Positions 59,752-64,000 of a stretch of 64,000 nt of DNA are shown in pieces. A model generated the notes under the pieces. The model saw only the letters and a list, made by a program, of their open reading frames with translations, was not told the origin of the DNA and ran no database searches. The translations under genes and the position numbers were made by a program. This stretch comes from Promethearchaeota archaeon (GTDB lineage: Archaea > Asgardarchaeota > Lokiarchaeia > Sigyniarchaeales > SOKP01). The stretch covers positions 1-64,000 of the forward strand of contig JAEOTR010000060.1 of assembly GCA_016839705.1 (NCBI GenBank), written 5' to 3'. Numbering within the stretch: the stretch's first letter is position 1; each line of letters opens with the position of its first letter.

Positions 59752-62700
59752 TTGACTTACATTAAAAAAATATCTATGACTGGTTTCAAATCATTTGGAG
59801 ACCGAACAGTAACGATAAAACTTTCAAGTGGGTTTACTTGCATAGTGGGGCCTAATGGGGCAGGGAAATCCAATATTATAGATGCCCTGTGCTTCGCCTT
59901 AGGAAGGTTAAGTAAAAAAACAATGAGAGCTAAAAGTCTTGAAGATTTAATTTTTGCTGGATCTCGTGGTAAAAATCCGTCTCAAAGAGCCTCAGTCACA
60001 ATGTATTTTGATAACTCTGATAATGTGTTTCCAGGGGGCACGGATACTTTTGAAATCACACGTACAATAAAAAGAGGAGGGGGTGGCGGTTATAAGATGA
60101 ATGGAGCAAAAACCACCCGTCAACAAATTCTGAACGCATTAGCCGCAGCAAATATTGATCCTGATGGTAGCAATCAATTTGTCTTACAAGGAAAGATTGT
60201 TGAACTTACACATATGGATACTGAAAACAGAAGATTATTCATTGAAGACCTTATAGGACTTCAAAAATACGATGAGATGAAAGATTCTACCTTAAAGGAA
60301 TTAGAAAAAGCAGAAAGAGATTTGGGACAATTTGAAGCAATTTTCAAAGAAGTATCCTCTCAACTTAAGAAAGTTGAAAAAGAGAAAAATGATGCATTGC
60401 TTTGGAAGGAGTTTGATGAACAAATAAACTTTTTAAATTCTCAATTGATTGCGCTAAAGATTTCAAAACTGAGAGAAGAAGAGGATGAATTAGAAAAGAA
60501 AATTGAATCTACTTTAAAAATCATTGAAGAATTAAAGGAAAAAATTAATAGGCAAGAGGATGTACTTACACAAGAATCACTTGTTATGGATAATATTCAA
60601 AAAGCAATAAGCGAGAAGGAAAAAGAAAGAGAAGAAATAAATGAGGTTATTACTCAATTAAAAACAAAAATTTCCTCTAACAACACAACCACAAATTACG
60701 CCAAAAAGTCAATAGAAAAACTGAACACTGAAATAGAGTCCCTATCAAGTTTACAGATGAAGCTTGAAGAAGGCCAAACTATTAATACCTTAATTGAAGG
60801 GGTCGTAAATGAAATTAGTGAATCCGAAAATAAAATCGAAGAAGCTAAAAAAGAAATAGAAAAAAGACAACAAACCCAATCAGAATTAGATATTAAAATT
60901 AAAGACAATGAAGAAGGAAAATCATCATTTAATAGTGAAATCTCTAAAATACAACAGAAGATTTCATCAAATAATGCTCAAATTAAAGTTCTTAAAGATA
61001 ATATTAAGAAAAATGAAGATAAGAAGATTAAGTTAGAAACAGAATTGAATAAGCTAAAAAAAGATGCTGAGAGTATAGATGAAGCCATTGATGATGCAAA
61101 AAAGGTAGAAAATGCAATAAGATCACAGATAGATAATTTAAAGACTCAAGTCGTTGAGGAAAATCAAAAGCAAAAAGATCTGGAAAATAAAATAAATAGT
61201 TTTCAAGAAAGTAAAAACAATTTAAATACAAAGTTAACAAATTTACAATCTAATTTATCTTCTCTTACTACAGAGATAAGTATGAATAATGGGAGTATTC
61301 AAGATTTAAATAATAAAAAGATAGAAACTGAAACAAAGATCCAGGAATTGAGCGATGGTAAGGATACAGAAATAGTAGTAAAAGGTTTATTAACTGAAAA
61401 TGAAAAAATCAATAAGGAAATAAAAGAATTAAAGGGAAAATTAAAAGAAGAAAACTCAACCTATAAAAAAAATGAACAAGACCTAGAATTACTAAAAGTG
61501 AAAAAAGATTCATTCGGATCTGAAATTAATGATAATAGAGGAAAAATTGATACTAGAAACACAGAATTAAAAATTTATACAAAAGAATTAACTACACTTG
61601 AACGGGAAAAAAATAGCTTAGAATTACAAGTAAACACTTTAAACAATAATATTTCAAAAATAGGAGACGAAATAGAAAAATTTAGCGTGAAAAAAGATAA
61701 CATTCAAGGTCGTTTAGAAGACCTTACAAAAGAGAAAGATAATGTATTAAAGAAAATTGAATCTTCCGAAATGGAATATGAGAAGAGCACTAGAGATATT
61801 ACCGGAATTCTACAGATATTAAACATGCTTACTCAAAACATTAATATCTCTGTTGAATCAATAAAAGGCAATATACAACAATCAAACGCAGAGGCAATCG
61901 AGACCTCTGCTGAAGACTTTAAGAAATATGTTCTTGATGTTGTAGATATAATGAAAACTGTTGAAGAAATTGGCAGTGATACAGAACTAGCAACTGAAAT
62001 GTCATTAATGCTTAAATCCATTATGAAAACTCTTAAGTTATTTACTGATAATGCAGATGATACAATTGAACAGTTGATAGAGAAGGTTAAAGAATCAGCG
62101 GACATCGAAATTCAATCCTCAACATTAACATTTGATAATTTCGTTCAAGATTTAATGGAAATCCTTGAAAATGTCTATCTTTCTTTAAGAAAATTAACAA
62201 TGTCGAAGAGTCAAGAATTATATAAACAATTGGAGGAGATATCTGAAAATATAAACTCCCAAACTGATGATTTTAATAATATCGAAAAGAAATTAACAGA
62301 AAATAATATTCAGAACAAGCATGATACTGAAAATGTCTCGTCATTTAATCGCAGACTTGATGAAATTAATAAAAGGAATCAAGAATTAAACGAGAGAATG
62401 AAAAAATCAAATCAAGAAATAAATGAAAGAAATGGAATCATTAATGAGAGGCAAAAGGAGTCAGCAAATATTGACCAAGAAATACAACAATTAGAGGGAG
62501 TTAAAGAGACTTATTGGGAAAATATTTCAAAAATTCAAGATAATATCGAGAAAAAACAAATAGATTTAGAAAATTTGAGAAATAAAATACAAGAATTGCA
62601 TGGAATCCAAAATTTGTTTGAAAATATAGTGGAAATAGAGGAAAATATTCAAAAATTAAATAGCATAATTGATGAAAAGAAAAATTTAATTATTAATTCA

Positions 62701-64000
62701 CAAGAAGGTATAGAAAAGAATCAGGAAGAACAAAATTCTTTACAAAAAGAAATTGATGCTCTCGTTTTACAAAAAGAAAATTTTTGGGAAATAACAAGCA
62801 ATATACAAAAACAGATAGAAGATAAAAATAAAGAACTAGAAGAAAATATGGATCGATTGAGAGCACTTGAAAATGTTATGAGGATCATTAATACAATTGA
62901 AGATATAAAAAATGAAAATAATGAGGCAAAGGATAATATTGAAGCTTGTTTAAGCCAAACAAATGGGTTCAATTCACAAGTAGATGAGATTCAAATCAAA
63001 GTAGATCAAGCCCAAAAAATAATAGATTCATTCAGAAGTGATAAAACTAAAGAATTAGAATCACAAAAAACAGCCCAAAAAGAATTAAATAAATTTAATA
63101 AAGATTTACAAAAACAACAAAAAAAATTAAATGAGTTAAATAAGAATAAAGAAAGAGAGCAAAAAATTGATGAATTGAACCAAGAAATAAAAGATACTCA
63201 AAAGCAAATTGAATCGGTATTAAAAGAATTGGAAACATTTAAAGGTGATTTAGACTCAGAAAATGAGAAAAAAGATGCTAAACAAGAGGAAATTGATAAA
63301 CTAGCTAAAGAAAAGGATGAGTCTTGGAAGAAACAGAAGCAACACCAAAAAATGATTACGGACTTAAAGTCAGATCTCTCAATGGAGAATTCAAAGAAGA
63401 ATAACTTTGAATCTAAAAAAATTATCTGTGCTGATCAAATAGAAACTTTATTCCAAAGGTCTAAGGATTATGGCTCTTTACCACCAGTTACAGAAACTCT
63501 TTCAGAAAGCGATTTACAATCTGATATTGTAGAAGCTGCAAATAAGAAAAAAGTCCTTGAACCTGTTAACTTAAAAGCAATCGAACAGTATGATACTGTA
63601 AAAGAAAGATTTGATGAAATTGATATGCGTAGACAAACAATTCAGAGAGAAAGAAAATCGATTTTAGACGCTATAGATAAAATCGAGTTGGAAAAAACAC
63701 GTACATTTATGAAAGCTTATCATGAAATTAATCGTGAATTTTCGCATGTATTCCAGAAATTATCTCCCGGGGGTTCAGCAAAAATGATATTAGATCGTCC
63801 GGATAAACCATTTGAAGGGGGAATTAGTATAGAAGCGAGACCAAGAGGAAAAAAAATAAGTTCATTAGAAATTTTAAGTGGCGGTGAGAAAACACTCGTG
63901 GCGCTCTCGTTTATCTTTGCCGTCCAGGAGTTCTATCCCGCGCCTTTTTACGTTTTAGATGAGATCGATGCAGCCCTTGATGGTCCTAATGTACATCGAA
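59752..64000 (+). CDS. smc: SMC-family ATPase, 3'-partial, no recognisable hinge (absent from the ORF track)
   Basis: TTG start; GFKSF, GPNGAGKSN and Q-loop LQG; long coiled coil; then PVNLKAI, LSGGEK and PAPFYVLDEIDAALD, all in the same frame. Confidence 0.93.
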   Translation, partial: MTYIKKISMTGFKSFGDRTVTIKLSSGFTCIVGPNGAGKSNIIDALCFALGRLSKKTMRAKSLEDLIFAGSRGKNPSQRASVTMYFDNSDNVFPGGTDTFEITRTIKRGGGGGYKMNGAKTTRQQILNALAAANIDPDGSNQFVLQGKIVELTHMDTENRRLFIEDLIGLQKYDEMKDSTLKELEKAERDLGQFEAIFKEVSSQLKKVEKEKNDALLWKEFDEQINFLNSQLIALKISKLREEEDELEKKIESTLKIIEELKEKINRQEDVLTQESLVMDNIQKAISEKEKEREEINEVITQLKTKISSNNTTTNYAKKSIEKLNTEIESLSSLQMKLEEGQTINTLIEGVVNEISESENKIEEAKKEIEKRQQTQSELDIKIKDNEEGKSSFNSEISKIQQKISSNNAQIKVLKDNIKKNEDKKIKLETELNKLKKDAESIDEAIDDAKKVENAIRSQIDNLKTQVVEENQKQKDLENKINSFQESKNNLNTKLTNLQSNLSSLTTEISMNNGSIQDLNNKKIETETKIQELSDGKDTEIVVKGLLTENEKINKEIKELKGKLKEENSTYKKNEQDLELLKVKKDSFGSEINDNRGKIDTRNTELKIYTKELTTLEREKNSLELQVNTLNNNISKIGDEIEKFSVKKDNIQGRLEDLTKEKDNVLKKIESSEMEYEKSTRDITGILQILNMLTQNINISVESIKGNIQQSNAEAIETSAEDFKKYVLDVVDIMKTVEEIGSDTELATEMSLMLKSIMKTLKLFTDNADDTIEQLIEKVKESADIEIQSSTLTFDNFVQDLMEILENVYLSLRKLTMSKSQELYKQLEEISENINSQTDDFNNIEKKLTENNIQNKHDTENVSSFNRRLDEINKRNQELNERMKKSNQEINERNGIINERQKESANIDQEIQQLEGVKETYWENISKIQDNIEKKQIDLENLRNKIQELHGIQNLFENIVEIEENIQKLNSIIDEKKNLIINSQEGIEKNQEEQNSLQKEIDALVLQKENFWEITSNIQKQIEDKNKELEENMDRLRALENVMRIINTIEDIKNENNEAKDNIEACLSQTNGFNSQVDEIQIKVDQAQKIIDSFRSDKTKELESQKTAQKELNKFNKDLQKQQKKLNELNKNKEREQKIDELNQEIKDTQKQIESVLKELETFKGDLDSENEKKDAKQEEIDKLAKEKDESWKKQKQHQKMITDLKSDLSMENSKKNNFESKKIICADQIETLFQRSKDYGSLPPVTETLSESDLQSDIVEAANKKKVLEPVNLKAIEQYDTVKERFDEIDMRRQTIQRERKSILDAIDKIELEKTRTFMKAYHEINREFSHVFQKLSPGGSAKMILDRPDKPFEGGISIEARPRGKKISSLEILSGGEKTLVALSFIFAVQEFYPAPFYVLDEIDAALDGPNVHR

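Noticed and set aside
60696-62972. Four minus-strand ORFs
   Set aside because: Antisense shadows of the SMC coiled coil.

Overview
AT-rich archaeal chromosome window, very likely Asgard (Lokiarchaeia/Promethearchaeota-type). That assignment is inferred from the archaeal 16S 5' end and informational genes together with many roadblock, longin, V4R and small-GTPase genes. Housekeeping content: 5' end of 16S rRNA, three tRNAs (two with D-loop introns), a box C/D sRNA, rps17e, rpl3/4/23, rpl15e, ABCE1, two TFBs, two Cdc6/Orc1 paralogues, a tRNA-modification cluster, RNase P proteins, Rqc2, trpB2 and pyrI. No mobile element or CRISPR array was found. Best new leads: (1) an unannotated 22-codon leader ORF with four Trp codons directly upstream of trpB2, which looks like a ribosome-sensed Trp attenuator; (2) a >1416-aa SMC with condensin-type heads but no hinge or zinc hook, with arms built from 90/97-aa repeats; (3) a Tad-like pilus set with a bacterial-style Flp pilin; (4) two GTPase circuits, MglA/tandem-MglB/DENN-like and Rag-like/FLCN-like; (5) probable AUA and AUC start codons. 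All family calls come from motifs recognised by eye; no database searches were run.
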